This document shows positions 41,052 through 54,600 of a stretch of 58,155 bases of DNA, piece by piece. The translations under genes were made by a program, and so were the position numbers. Within the stretch, counting starts at the first letter, position 1; every line of letters begins with the position of its first letter. Below the pieces are notes generated by a model. The model did no database searches, had not been told where the DNA came from, and saw nothing but the letters and a program-made list of their open reading frames with translations. This stretch comes from Klebsormidium nitens. Its lineage: Eukaryota; Plantae; Klebsormidiophyceae. The DNA lies in NCBI GenBank assembly GCA_000708835.1, contig DF237513.1, positions 1 through 58,155 of the forward strand, written 5' to 3'.

Positions 41052-42824
41052 TCAGACTTGGGTCTTCTTCTCTCCGGGAAGGATTGTTGCGTCCGGTGGG
41101 GGCATGCCAACAATCTCTTTCAATGGGTACCACTCAACTTGCCGGCTGCAAAACAAAGAAAGTAAGTTGGTAAGCCGGATGCTATGATTGATGAAAAAAC
41201 AGAATCGTAACACAAGAGCTCCCTAAAACGAGGTGTTACAAGCAATACAGGATGCCTGTCCACTCAGCTTTACTCCAGGATTTTGAAGCTTGAAGTGCAG
41301 CATCTTCTAGCAAGTAACTCAAGACGTGTGTGATTGCACAGCACACTGGGTGCACAAGGAGCCTGTAGCAGACATGGCATTGCACCCAGACTTTGGCTGC
41401 ACTCTATTGAGCTGATTGAGCATTAAGTCCGTCAACTTCCATGAAGGAGGACAACACGCTGCAGGTTGTCAGATGACGGAATAACTTACGCTCCACCCAT
41501 TTCAACAACAACTCGGACTTTAGGACGGAGGACTGGAATCAGGGTGAGGTACTGCAACTCCGCACGTGACAAAACCTGCAGGATTGAAAAGTCAGTCAGA
41601 TATCAATGTGCCAGTGCCGGGCAAACAATCTCCATGTAAGTCTTGATTCCTTGATCATTGAGGGTAAAACAAAACAGAACTTATACAATGAGGCAAGCAA
41701 GACCACACGGAAAAAGTAGTGCCAGAGCTTTCAAGTTCAAGGTAGATGGAGGTTGCTTCTGCTTTTGCCTTGCGTGACCGAACTTGCTGGAATCCATTGT
41801 GAAAAGCAGCTCGGATCATGTAAATCAAGCTCTGACAGATATCTGGAGGCGCACGGTCCAGGCAACACATCCCTGGTCCGAAGGAATGGTGTCTGAGAGG
41901 TGCCTCACCTTGCCATCGGTCAGCCACAGCACTAGACCCTTGGAGTCCGGATGGAGCAGGGACAACCGGAAGTCAACTTCTGGAGGCATGTAGAAGGTTG
42001 CAATAGGCTCTTTTCCAAAGTGGGCCTGCAAAGATTGAGCTCGTCATTCAGGGTGCGGGGCCCAGCTCAAGTTCCTCAACGGGAGCAGTGCATTTGAAAC
42101 AAGCAAACTGTGTGGCTCTTATGTCAATTCTATGCTGGTGAACGTAAGTCCGACGCCAAGCCACACTATCCCTCCGTCACCAAGTTGAGCACACACATCT
42201 GGCATCTGGTGACATGATGCAAAAGCTTGACCTACCGGACATGTCCTTGAACGTGCTCTCAAGGAAATCTTTCCCTAGTGCCAGCGCAGTCAAAGTGCAC
42301 ACAATGCAACTCTGTAGCTTTTGATCCACAAAAGTGCTGCTTACCGGCCTAACCCCATGGACTTTCATCAGGTATGCTTCTGGGTCCCCAAGACCCCTTG
42401 CATTCAGATTGAGTATGTGATACCCTTCGTCTTTCAGCTTCAACACGTATCGTCCCTCGGGGCCACCTTCCAAGGGCATGTACATGGCCATGGCCCCATT
42501 CTGCTCCACATCCTCATACCATTTGCCGGTGTCAAACCTGAGCAAGTCTCTTCCGACAAAGTCCAGCAGACCACAGGTTGTTTCACCCTTCTGCACTGCA
42601 TTGTTCTTCCTCTTCTCAGCTGAAATCAGGTTGGATTGTGGAAGGAGCAATGAAGACCCAGACAGAAAGGGCTTGGATGCCGTGCCACAGCGCCTAGCAG
42701 ATGGAAGGTATGACGCAGACGCTGCAGCACTTTGCCTGGATCGCCTAGCATCCGAATGTTGAGCAAACGCCACCCCCGCAGTCTGGCCTGCGACCACCCC
42801 ATTGGATACTACGGTCCCTGCCAT
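41052..42824 (-). CDS. ndhN: Chloroplast NDH complex subunit N; 4 exons, 258 aa
   Basis: Exons 42824-42345, 42025-41909, 41575-41490, 41145-41052 (777 nt). Motifs: DVEQNGAMAMYMPLEGGPEGRY, GYHILNLNARGLGDPEAYLMKVHGVRPAHFGK, GLVLWLTDGKVLSRAELQYL. Confidence 0.93.
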
Positions 42825-43567
42825 TTCGGATACCAAAGCCTAAGGCTAAGGAGAGGTCAAACGGTTTCCAGCAGCAACCTCAGTGCACAATCAAAGCATC
42901 TACCCAGCTGCCGGCACCTCGGGCCCTTCCTCTGGAGTCAAGACTGTCTTGAATCTTGACAAAGAAACTTTGAAAGGAACTGACCTTCGATCAAATGAAA
43001 CTTTCATTAAATTGAAAGGCCCAGCCATACGCAAGGTTAGTGTCACCTAGGTGGATAACCCTAAAAGCAAGGTTCCCGTTTCCATGTTTCCGGCCCGTGA
43101 GCTCTTCGCAGGACCACTCCACCCGGTTTCTTTGACGCGAGCCTCCAGGTCGCCCACGGTTGCGCGTTAACCCACCTTCAACTGCACCTGTGCTGTATCA
43201 TTTATAACGAATTTGCAGCTGAACTCCCCATCCTTGTCCCTCACTTTAAGTTTCTGCTCTTCGAATGCAAATAAGCTGCAGCTAGAGTCGGATAGACCAT
43301 CCACAAACCTTCTCACATTGACAAGTAGGTAGTTGCTGAGACTCAGAGAGTGGAACAGAGGAGGTAGCTAGATGTTGGAAAGTTGGCAGAGTATGTGATC
43401 ATTAGGTGCTACCATGTGTTGCAGACAAAAGAACCCCAGTACAAAGTCCCCACCTTTGTCCGACTGCCAGCATTGAGTAAGGATGCATCGGATTGCCGTC
43501 AATATCTCCGTAGTCACAAGATCTAAATACATTTGCTCCAAACTCCAATTCTGACCGCTGCTGAGCC
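42825..43567. promoter_or_regulatory. Divergent promoter region ndhN/APC
   Basis: 743 bp between opposing ATGs. Contains AAAGGCCCA (43015-43023) and telo-like AACCCTAA (43057-43064). Confidence 0.5.
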
Positions 43568-46500
43568 ATGCCCCCTCCCATCCCCCTGCACCAGCTCCCT
43601 GCTAAAACAGCAGCAACTGCTTACCCCCCGCTGGGACAAAAAGCGTCTCTCGATGACCTGGAGGAGGCGCTCGGCGAAGACCCAAAGCAGCGGACTCTGC
43701 GGCTGCGGGAGCTCTTTGCCGTGTTTGATGAGACTGCCGGCAAGACGGGGAGCGTTGATCGAGCAGCATTGGAGGCGGGGTTCGATTCCTTGGTGCGGTT
43801 GCAGAGTGTTGTTCATTCTCTTAGTCATTTGTTATGTCTGGACACTGTTAAGTCCTCTGCATTCTACTCAAGCCTTAGCAGCCAAGATCATCCCTTTTGC
43901 TGGGAGCTGTCACCGCTGTAGGCCTGCAGTGAGGCTTCAAGGAGCACTCACAGTCAATCATCATGCTGGTTATTTCGCAACGTGGAAGCTGATTACACCA
44001 CTTGTTTGGGGCCAGCCACTAGAGCCTTGACACAGTACTCGAGCGGCGCTGAGGTCGTATTGGAAGGTTGTCAAAAGACGCTGTCGTGCGTGCAGTCGAT
44101 CCCGAACCACCACAAGTATGCACGAGAGCTGCTCGAGGTGGCGGACTCGAACCACGATGGGCGCCTTGACTTCAGCGAGTTTGAGGCGTACATGAACCAG
44201 AAGGAGCTGGAGCTGCTGGAGCTGTTTCGCGAGGTGGACGTGGAGCGCGACGGCAAGCTCTTCCTCTGGGAGATCAAGGCGGCGCTGCAGAAAGCGGGTG
44301 CGCACCACCGCCCCCCCACGCCCCACAGCTTGCGGTCGGGGCTTGGCCCAAAAGGGGCTTTGTTGTCTCACTAAAGCAGAGCTTTTGACACCTGGGAAGC
44401 CATCACAATATCAACAAGGCATCCATCATATCTAGTCTTTAAGCACTCAGGTCTACTTTGTACACCGCGAAGGGGTACGAAGAGGGCGTGACATGTCAGC
44501 TTTTGCCCCAGTCTGTGCGGAGTATCTTCCAGCTCTGAGTATCCCTGGCATGTCTGTGCAGGGGTGACCATTTCCCCTGGGGAAGTGAATAACTTTATGC
44601 GCCAGGTCGATGCCAACCACGACGGCTCCATCAGCTTTGCCGAATGGCGCGACTTCTTTCTGCTCTTTCCACACAGGGTCAACGTGCGCGCCCTATACGG
44701 GTACTGGCACGACATTGCGCAGGTTAGTGCGGACCCCAAGTCTTGCAGTAAGGTGCAGGTTGTACGCATGTTCGGACTACCCAGTCCTTTGGCTTGTGTC
44801 TCTGCTTTCTACTTTGGGGAGCTTGTTCTTGTGTTGAGGCCTTTCACAAAGCCGTCTCCAACGTCATCGCCGCCCTTCTTGTGCTGATTCAGGTGGATAT
44901 TGGGGATGCGCCGGTGGTGCCCTCCGATTGCTCAAACGCGCGGGGGAAGGGTCGCACGCAGGACTCCTGGAAGTACCTTTTTGCAGGGGCGGTGGCGGGG
45001 GCCGTCAGCAGGACTGCGACGGCGCCACTGGACAGATTGAAAGTGTTGCTGCAGGTGAGAACCGGGACTTGTCTTTGGCTCAAGCTGTTTTGAAAGGATC
45101 AGTGTGTTTTACAGCGGTATGCTTTTTCATCGCATTATTACATTGGCATGCTTTTCCATTGTACCTTCGGGGCAAATAGTGGTGCCAAGTACAAATCGCG
45201 TTACGATTTGAAATATCAGCGTTGTGCCCTGCGAGCATGACGAAGCCTCCTGGTGATGGAGACAGCAATATTCCACGGACATTTACAGCTTCAATACAAA
45301 GGGCGCCTCGCACTACGTCTTTTGCTCGTTTTGAAGGAACCTGGTTCCGGAATTGTCTTTACTCCGGAATGTGCGAACCTATCCGTCCAGACCACTGCAG
45401 AATCATCGATCCTGCAGGCCCTGTCTGTGCATGCAGGTTCAGCGCCAGATCGCCCCCGCCGCGCTGTCCACTGAGCTGGGCGGGGCAGCCACGCTTGCGA
45501 CGGTGCGCGGGTCGGGCATGGCGGCAGGGCTGGCGCACATCTACAAGGAGGGCGGCGTGCAGGGCTTCTTCCGCGGCAACGGCATCAACGTGCTCAAAGT
45601 TCGTGCCGCTGCACTACTTGCTTGGCCACACGGCTTGCGAGAACGTCCATCTTGCTTCGATCTGCAGCAGAGTTTTTGATTCATAGATTGTCAATGGGCT
45701 GTTCCATTCCCAAGCATGACGGTCTCTCTTTCTGCTGTCTCTGGTGCCCCCGTCTGGTCGACCCACCGCTTTGTTCTAGCTGAAGTATCTCTCATGGACC
45801 TCTGCGGGCTGCCTGACATCGCTTTGCGTTTCGCAGGTGGCGCCTGAGTCGGCCATCAAGTTTGCGGCCTTCGAGATGCTGAAGCCGATCCTGTGCCGCT
45901 ACTTTACGTCGTCCCTCCCCAAGCAGGGCGAGGCCCCGCGCATCAGCACGGCAGGCCGGGTTGTGTCAGGGGGCCTAGCAGGCATGATCGCACAGACTGC
46001 GATCTATCCCCTGGTAAGTGTGCCGCAATCGTTCCTTAGACCCCTGGCGGGTATTGACTCTCTGTCATCTGATCGCTCGTGCTGAGACGGGAGACGTTTT
46101 GGGACGCCTCGTTGAGGCGTCACTCCTCTTACTCCAAGACAGCGGGCGAAGGCGCCACGACTCTCCAAGCAACGATGGCAAAGCCTACGATCATGTGTAA
46201 TGCTGTCATAGGAAGCGCTTAAAGAGAGCGAGGTGCTTGAGTTCCGTCGGGGCATTGTCAACAGCGGGAGCCAACTCAGTGCTTCAATTAGTCGGAGATC
46301 ACATTTTGGAAGACAGCAACGACAGCGGTGTTGTCTGTCACGGTCGCCCATCTCCTGCCCACGGCAGTGTTGTGCCGCTCTCGAACTTGGGCTGATACCT
46401 GGTCCTGATGGCTCCTGGCAGGAGGTCGTGAAGACCCGCATCCAGACCGCGCCGTCCAGCGTGCCCCGGCCGACCCTCCTCCGATGCGCGGCCGAGGTGT

Positions 46501-47109
46501 ATTCGAGCGCGGGGCTGCGCGGCTTCTTCCGCGGGCTGGGTGCGTCCCTGGCGGGCGTCTTCCCGTACGCGGGCCTCGACCTGGCGGTGTACGAGACGCT
46601 CAAGGCGCAGGTGGAGAAGAGCACGTGGGCCGAGTCGGGTACGCTCACCCAGCTGGGCTGCGGCACCGCCTCCGGGGCGCTGGGGGCGACCGCCGTGTAC
46701 CCGCTACAGGTGGTCAGAACCAGGTGAGGGGCCGGGACGAGACTATCGGAGGAGGAGCTTGGGTGGGGAGACGGCTTCGAGCGGAAGCGAACGCCATGTC
46801 TGTCGTAATACTCTTTGCAAAAGGTACGCGCAAAGTAGTTCCGATTGGAGCGCAACGTTTCTTCTTGGAATGGTATTCCCCTAATGAATGAATCTGCCCT
46901 TTCATGCACGTTGCAGGTTACAAGCAAGTCTAAGAGGCGATCCTCACGGCTATACCGGCATGGTCGATTGTTTCACCAAAATCCTGAACGAGGAAGGTCC
47001 GAGAGCGTTCTACAAAGGCCTTGCTCCGAACCTTTTGAAGGTCGTGCCCGCCGCGTCAATCACCTATGTAGTCTACGAGGGCTGCAAAAAGCAGCTCGAC
47101 ATAGGATAA
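43568..47109 (+). CDS. Ca2+-binding (EF-hand) mitochondrial carrier, ATP-Mg/Pi transporter (APC/SCaMC type); 8 exons, 527 aa
   Basis: Exons 43568-43792, 44096-44297, 44562-44722, 44893-45054, 45437-45598, 45837-46013, 46422-46723, 46917-47109 (1584 nt). EF hands: [39 protein letters not shown]. Carrier motifs: [71 protein letters not shown]. Confidence 0.95.
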
Positions 47110-48649
47110 ACTCAGAGACATGTAAATATGAGTCGGTTCTCGGCATGTGTCACAGTGCGCGCAATTCCACTATTTTTCCTGTGCGAGTAGAGGACATTTT
47201 GAGTTGCTACCTTTTGGAACAGAGTTATGCTTATGGCCGCGTGGTTCTAAATTTTTATTGCGGCCTGCGCTGCTGCTGCGCATACACATCATGACCGATC
47301 AGCCTTAAGGGGCAATGTTTGCCGTTTCCTTCCCAAGTTCACCGTCCTTAAGAAGCCTTTTCCAACTCATGATCGATTATATATGTATTGCGCACTGCGT
47401 TGACTACTAAATTGATTGTAATTACTGCCTCATTGAATCGCTGTTGCTTCCATATGTCGCCATTTGTATGTTAACATGTACAGCTAGATCGAAAGGTCAT
47501 CACCAAAGCGGGAATGACATGTCGTCGTGGAAGCTTCGATCCTTCATTCGAATGTAATGCCCATTGCATGATAAGTTGCAATATCAGCGCTCTGCATGTT
47601 TCAATAATTGTACATGTATGTATATGACCGTTGAAGCCTGCTACGACGGTACAGCTATAGGGATCGAACCGCGAAGAGTTTTCTTTAAATACCTTCCTGG
47701 TGAAATTGGGATGATAGTTTCGTTCGTATTTAAACTGCGTTTCGTGGATCGGATGTACAAGCATGAAATTTGCACGGTCTAACGCATGTTTCTTTGTACT
47801 ACCGGAGCAGGTGCCTGCAATCATGTGGTACCGGGTGCTAGCCCGCCGATTGTGGCCGCTTGCATTAGCTTGCAACGCGTTGCAAGCGGCTCAGCAGATT
47901 GCCAGTCAATCGAAGACCGCGACAGCCAACACAACACTTCATTGTATGCAGCTTGACGGTCTGTGTGCGGTTTGAAGCAGACCTCAGCCAGCATATCGAG
48001 CATGTATGTGTTCAGCCTGTTTCTCAGTACACCCTCTGTTGGATTGACTCAGGTATGCGATCCGGATAGGTCCGATGATCCGTTCAAAAACAAGTGGTTT
48101 GAAAGGTGCAGTATGATCATGCAAAATCAAGGAAGAATATATGAGTTCAGTTGTTTCCGCCTATCACTGTCCAAACGAGCGAGAAGGCCTGACTCGTCCT
48201 AGTATGCGTTCTTTCAAGATTCTGCCGCTGTAGCAGCAAACTTGAGGTTGACTTCAAATGCAACTGCAGCGCGTGTTTGCAGTGATTTTTGTAATAGCAC
48301 AATGCCCTTAGGCATGCTACTCAGGTCGCGTGCTCCGCTTTGGAATTGAGTGTCTTAGCTGCTGCGGCAACTCCGCCTAATGCTTCTAACTATTTACGAC
48401 TAAGACTAAGCGTCCAAAATTCTTGCAACTCCTCTGATCGCAGGTTTCTACTATACAACGCCGTCTTGCGGTATCCATTTCTACTACTTCGATGACAATC
48501 CTTTGCTTCCTTTGTGAACAGCTGTCTTCGTTTCGGACTTGGACACAGGAGAGCCCACCTTCGAGGCAATACTTAAATAGATCTGACTACTACTCTAAAA
48601 TGCGGAGAGTGTTTGTTGGAAGAGTTGCTTTCAATAGTCGGTAAAGTCT

Positions 48650-51600
48650 CTACTCCTTACTCGTGCTTTGAAGCGTCCCATTGGCTTCTTCTTTCACCGG
48701 AAAGTACTCAGCTAGGACAAGGCGCAGCTGTTTCTGATCCAGGGGTTTAGGGAGATAATTTGACATTTGGGCCTCAAAGCACTTCTCCTTGACCCCTTCC
48801 TGCAGAGTGAAGCGGACAGAGGCAGGTGAGACAACGGACGAGCCCGCACCAGAACCAGTTGCATTTGTGTCACGCTCCACATCCAATTCTGCAACAAAGT
48901 AGACAAAAATCTCCCAAATCGTTTTCATATCGCAGTTTACTGACAAAACCGTTTGCCTCCCATACCATGACATCGGCCGTCAACGCCACGATTGGAACGC
49001 CCAGCTGCGCTGCTTCTGATGGGGTGGAGCTCAAGACCTCCTCCCCATCGAGGCTCGCGTCCTGCGTAACCTCTGGTGACGTGCCCCGGGCTTCAGCCTC
49101 GACTTGCCGGATGGCCCTGGCCGCTTCAAACCCGTCCATGCCGGGCATCTGCACACAAGACACTTGTTTCAAGGGTCGCTCAAGCTGAGTTCGTCTCTGC
49201 ATCTGCACCTGCTAACATGCGAACAGCAACCTTAAAGAATCCCGGTGAAAAATGTGCACATGACCAGTCCTTGTAGCAATAAGCAAGTGCAGTGAGCATT
49301 CCTGACAACCGACCTACAATTGCTTGCTGCCGTCTAAAATCCCCCCTACCTGCAGGTCCATTAAAATCATATGGAAGGGCTTGTCCTGCGAGTTCTTGAA
49401 GAGCTCCACCGCCTCCTCCCCACCGGCCGCGGGGACCACCTCGCAACCGTACCGCTGCAGCATGCTCCCTGCCACTTTCCTGCAGACATCCACCGCAGTC
49501 TCGGCAATGAGCTTGACGTAGCAGAAAAGAAGCGGCTTGAAAAACAAGGTCTGCAGCACGGGTCAGTACCGGCTTGCAATGCCGTTTGACCATGTGCAGA
49601 TGCATGTGATCTCAATTTCCCCGGCTCCCTGCTTCTCACAATCCAACTTCGTTGCCGTTATCAATGGGCAGCCCCGGCGCGCACCTGTTGATGAGCGTAT
49701 CGTCGACCACCATGATCCGCACTCCCGCCAGCCACGACTTGAGTGCGCCGCCCACCCCGTCCAACGCCGTCGGCTGCATCCTCCGCATGGCGATGCCCAG
49801 CGCTTGCAGCATGCACACCGAGATGGTGCCTGTGCGGAGCGGCTTCACGAGGACCTGCCACGTGGAAAGCGCAGGGGCACCTTGAGGCAGAGAATACTCG
49901 ATGAACGGTCAAAGGAAGGTACGGACTGAAGGTAGAGCTGTGGCGTCTGAACGTCCAAGAACGAGGGCCTGAGGTAGCTCAAAAGCCTTGAGCTTATCTT
50001 TATGCAGACCAGGGATGAGCTGTCTTTCATCTCCACAGAGAACATACTGACCATCCTGAAGGTCGACTTCCCCATCCCCACTTGACGCGTTGAGCCGGAA
50101 TTCCAAGGCCCACCTGCGCAAAGCCTGCCCACTTGGCCTTGGCCTCCAGCTGCGCGTTGATCCGACACGTGGCCAGCACCAGCGCTATCCGGCCACTCAG
50201 CCGCAGGTCCGTCCCCAGCTCCTGCCCTAGCCTGCGGGCATCCTCATGCCCCCCGACGGCCTCTGCGTCCACAATGGCCAGGCGGAAGCGGGACGGCGCA
50301 TCAACGCAGGCCGCGGCCATTGAAAGAGCGTCGCTGGCGCGGGGCGACACCACGGGCTGCATGCCCAGCCTGGAAGGACAGCAAACACCGAGATCCTCGT
50401 CAGCCAGGCTGCATATCGTGTGAACAAGCTGTTCAAGGCGTCTCCGCGAAATGTTGATTCTGCTCTAGATCAATGCGCCCAATGGACGCGGGTGAGCAAG
50501 AGCAGCCGCCACAGAGCAGAGACCAGCCTGCGCTGGCGCACCCACCGTCGTAGGTGTGCGGCGACCACTTCTTGGCGGACGGCGTGGCTGCCCACGACCA
50601 GGACGCGCACCCCGCGCAGCCGCTCCGACTGGAGGCTCTGCAGCTGCAGCGTGGCGCTGCGCTCGACGCCCAACCGAGGCACCGTCAACTCGACGTCGAA
50701 CTGCGGGGATACGCCACCAGATGAGAACGCATGCCAGTAGAGGAAGTCAGGGATACTTCAACAGCTCAAAACCGCCAAGAACGGAAGCACGAGTTTACTG
50801 ATGCAAAATATACTCACGATCGAAGTCGTTGCTGAGGCCGGAGATCAGAGCACACAGATTTGCAGCAACCAGTGTTTACAGCTTCTATCTGCAGAAGCAG
50901 CAAGATTTGGGGCCCACCTGGAAGGTGCTCCCAACGCCCGGGATGCTACTGAAAGCAATCTTCCCGTGCATAAGTCGAACCAGCGCCCGGGAGAGGCTGA
51001 GCCCGATGCCAGTGCCGCCGAACTCACGCGTAATGGACGAGTCCGCCTGGAAGAACGGCTCAAACAGCCGCGGCTGCACCGCCAGCGGAATGCCAATGCC
51101 TGCACCCACAGCGGCAGCTCGGCTGACGTGTCCTCTGATAGCAACACCAAGGCCCTTCGTGTTGCAACTCGGATGCCGCCAAAGCAACAACTTTTCGGTG
51201 ACTCTAGTTTGACACAGCATGCACCACTGCAAGACGAGACCGTATGCAGCATGGCCCTGCCAATCGTCGAGCCTGCCAACCTTTCCCGCAGTAATAATGG
51301 GACTGGGACTCCAGGCTTTGCAAAAACGCACCTGTATCCTCCACAGAGAAGATAAGCCGAACTTTTCTACTTTGCCTTGGAAATGGAGGCGCCCTGCCGG
51401 ACCCGTTATCCATAAATAACCTGCAATAGGGCATGCCCGCGTCAGCTGAGGAGGAGAAGCATGCGGCGGACAGGCATTTCAGAGGGCAGCTCCGGTTGTG
51501 CTCAAGAAGATCAGACTCCCCAGGCAGAGAGGGCACCCGGATCTGCCTTGCCTACTTACCTGACCGCCCCTGGGCTGCTTTGCGCATCTGCCCGTAAGGA

Positions 51601-54600
51601 CACCGGCGGTACCACTTCCCCTCGCTCCGTCTCCGATCCTTGCCGGCTCTGTGCAATATGATCCAGCGGAGCGTCCCCCGCCGCTCCCACCGCCCCACCC
51701 CGCTGCCAACGCCGCCTTCCAAACCACTTCTTTCGACTGGCTGCCTGGTCTTGAAGATCGCTACTGACCGCGGGCGCAACCCGCGTGGGGTCCTCTGCTC
51801 GACTCTCTGCTCCAGCACCAGACCCTGAGGTCGTTGGCGTAACCCCCTCTGTGTCCTCGGATGGGGACTCGAGCACGTGGTTGGTGCCTTCTGACCGGGG
51901 GCTTAGATCCCCTTCGGGAACATCGACATCAATGGTGTGATGTCCGGGCGGCTGCTCCCCCTCGTCAACGGGCTCCATGCGTATGCAGACCAGCACGCTC
52001 CCCTCCTTGGTGAACTGCACGTCAAGGGGAGCGTGAGGGACATCCGTAGAAATACCAGAGGTTTATTCGTCCAAGCAACTCAAGAAGCAAAGACAGTGGG
52101 CTCTCCACGAAACCCTGTGTCAGAAGCAGCAAATCCTGGTTCAAGGGGCATGACAAGAGCGGCCAACAGCTGCTGAATCAGGAATGGAGGCTCACCTTGA
52201 CCGCGTTTCCCACCAGATTGATCAGCACCTGCCGGATCCTCCCCGGGTCGCCCAGCAGCAGCTCCGGGACGGAATCCTGGACCAGGCCAGCCAGCTCCAG
52301 GTTCTTCTGCCGCGTTCTGCAGGAAACAAAAAGAAGCTTCTACAAACTGGCCTCATTGGCTTTGTACGAAGGAGCCCTGCTTTACTGTGTCTTGGGGTAG
52401 TTCCTCAACTGCAAGTATGGATGTCCTATTCCATAGTTGCTCATCGACTGCATGACCTGCTCAAACGACTGATGTGCTTGCTTGCATAGCTTGCCCTGCA
52501 ATAACCGCCGCTGTGCCTTCCCCGACCTCCACAGCACACCTGCCACTCGTCACATGAGCCACCCCTTCCCCCCGCTGCCTCACCTCTCCTCGAACAAACC
52601 CAAGACATCGTCCAACTCTGTCCTGATGTCCAGCAGAATCGAGGCGATCTCCATCCTGCCTGCCTCGATCTTGGACAGGTCCAGAAAGTCGTTGACGAGC
52701 GAGCACAGCGCGTTCCCGCTTGCGCGCGCCGTCTTGACGTAGTCCAGCTGCTGCGCGTCGAGCTCCGTGCCCAGCAACAAGTTCGTCATGCCTGCAGCAC
52801 GGCCGACAGGAGTACATCACTCATAAGAACCAACGAGTGAGATGGCCCACGACCTCGGATGAGCAGAAAAATCTGGAGCAGGGATGTAGTGGACCAGTCA
52901 TGTCATGTGAGCTGCCCTCAAAAACCCAAAGAGAAAGCCTTCTGCGGCTTGGCGTTCTCCACATGTTCAGGACTTCGGGCGCCGCCAGTCTTTATCTTAC
53001 CAATCATTCCGTTCATGGGCGTGCGAAGCTCGTGGGACATGTTTTGCAGGAAGTACGTCTTGGCCACGTCAGCAGCCTCGGCTGCCACCTTGGCCTCCCG
53101 CATCTCGTTGTTCAACCTTTCCATTCGCAGCAGGTTCTTCTCCGCTTCCTCCGCTCGCTGTAAGATAGAAAGACAACCGACTCGATCGGTCTAGTTTTCC
53201 TTGCCTTAAAGCGAAAATTTGGGTGGATGCCGTGCATACCTTGCCACAGGCCATGACACAATCGGAAATTTTTGCAACAAGATGGTGGTCCAACTGCCAG
53301 GTTAGCACAGCTGCAAATAAGACTGGATCGAATATCTACCTGCCTTGTAGCGTGAACCCAAAACTAGCTGCTTGTGGACCAACCTTGAGCGTAAGCCAAA
53401 GGATGAAGCCTGCTAGGAAGCCGACGATGAGAACCAGGGCAGCCCATGCAAGCGGCCGGCGAGTGGCTATGTGCGAGTTGGTGACAGGACGAGAACAGCC
53501 AACTTGATACCTGCCAAAAGACAGTAACGAACATCCTTTGGAGAGAGTCAAGCTAATGATGCATGCTATTGGCTGTGAGCAGAAACAGCAGTACTGCTGT
53601 CAGCAAAGCATTTCAGCCATGACCCCAGCATGTCAGATACCATCTGAAGAAGCACATAAACACTAACCTTCGAACTCCCGCTGTGAAGACCTCAACATGC
53701 TCAAACTTTGTATGATTTGCAGTTCCAAAAATGAGTCCGTTGTCAGGGTCGAAGACGACCCCAAGGGCTTCGTTGGCAGTTGACATGTCGTAGATCCACA
53801 GCCTGCAGGTTTGAAGGATTATGCGACTGAAAAACAAAAAGTCGAGCCTGATCTTCCGTGCAGCTCTAAGCATTCCTTCATATAGGATTGCTGAAAGGAC
53901 GCGGCACCGTAGGTTGACTTGCATGCAACTGCTTGCAAGTGCGGCACCACTCTCATTGTACATGTGGGGAAACCACACTCGGCAGATTGGCCTGAAGCAC
54001 CACACTCACCTGATGTTGGCTCCCGCATCCGACTCTTGCTTGAGCTGCGCAACTACTTGCGCTGCAAGTTTACTCACAGCATACTGGGCCCCAATCCAGC
54101 CAGCAATCCCCGCTCGTCTCTGCATCACAAAAAGCATTGGATATTGCAAGCTACAGCAGCCTGTACTACTGGCTTGCAAAGCCCTGGTTGCCTAAGTGCT
54201 TGCAAAAGCAGCAGGTCAACATGTAAACCTGTGGGGAGCAGGTCAAAGAGCTTTCAAGGTGGATGACAAGGGCAGAGGATCACCTGCTCGAGTGTTGCGT
54301 TGGAGCCCTCTGAAAAGTTGTTCGCCCCATAATCAGGATAAAACCCAAGGAAGCCTCGCATTCCGTTAGCAAACGTCTGGGGCGAAGTGAAGGCAGCGCC
54401 ACCGCTGTCTTTTGCCCTGCAAAAGCATCATCATAAAGGTCAGATGCTTCGTGTCCATAAGAGATTGAGAACAAGTCAGATCAACCTCGATCTGAAAGCC
54501 ACATAGCATGTACCTTTTCGGAAAGGAAGTTGCACTTCAACTAAAAAGCTTGGGGCACAACAACCCGTGCTAGAGAAACAGTGTGCCTTCTCAGCATCAA

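Noticed and set aside
47471-47875. 134-aa minus-strand ORF in the APC/CHK convergent spacer
   Set aside because: Non-ATG start as listed, no motif, no codon bias; likely a chance ORF in UTR sequence.
51560-52014. ~150-aa insertion in the CHK ATPase domain as a novel domain
   Set aside because: Low-complexity, and plant CHKs commonly have a variable insertion between the N and G1 boxes.
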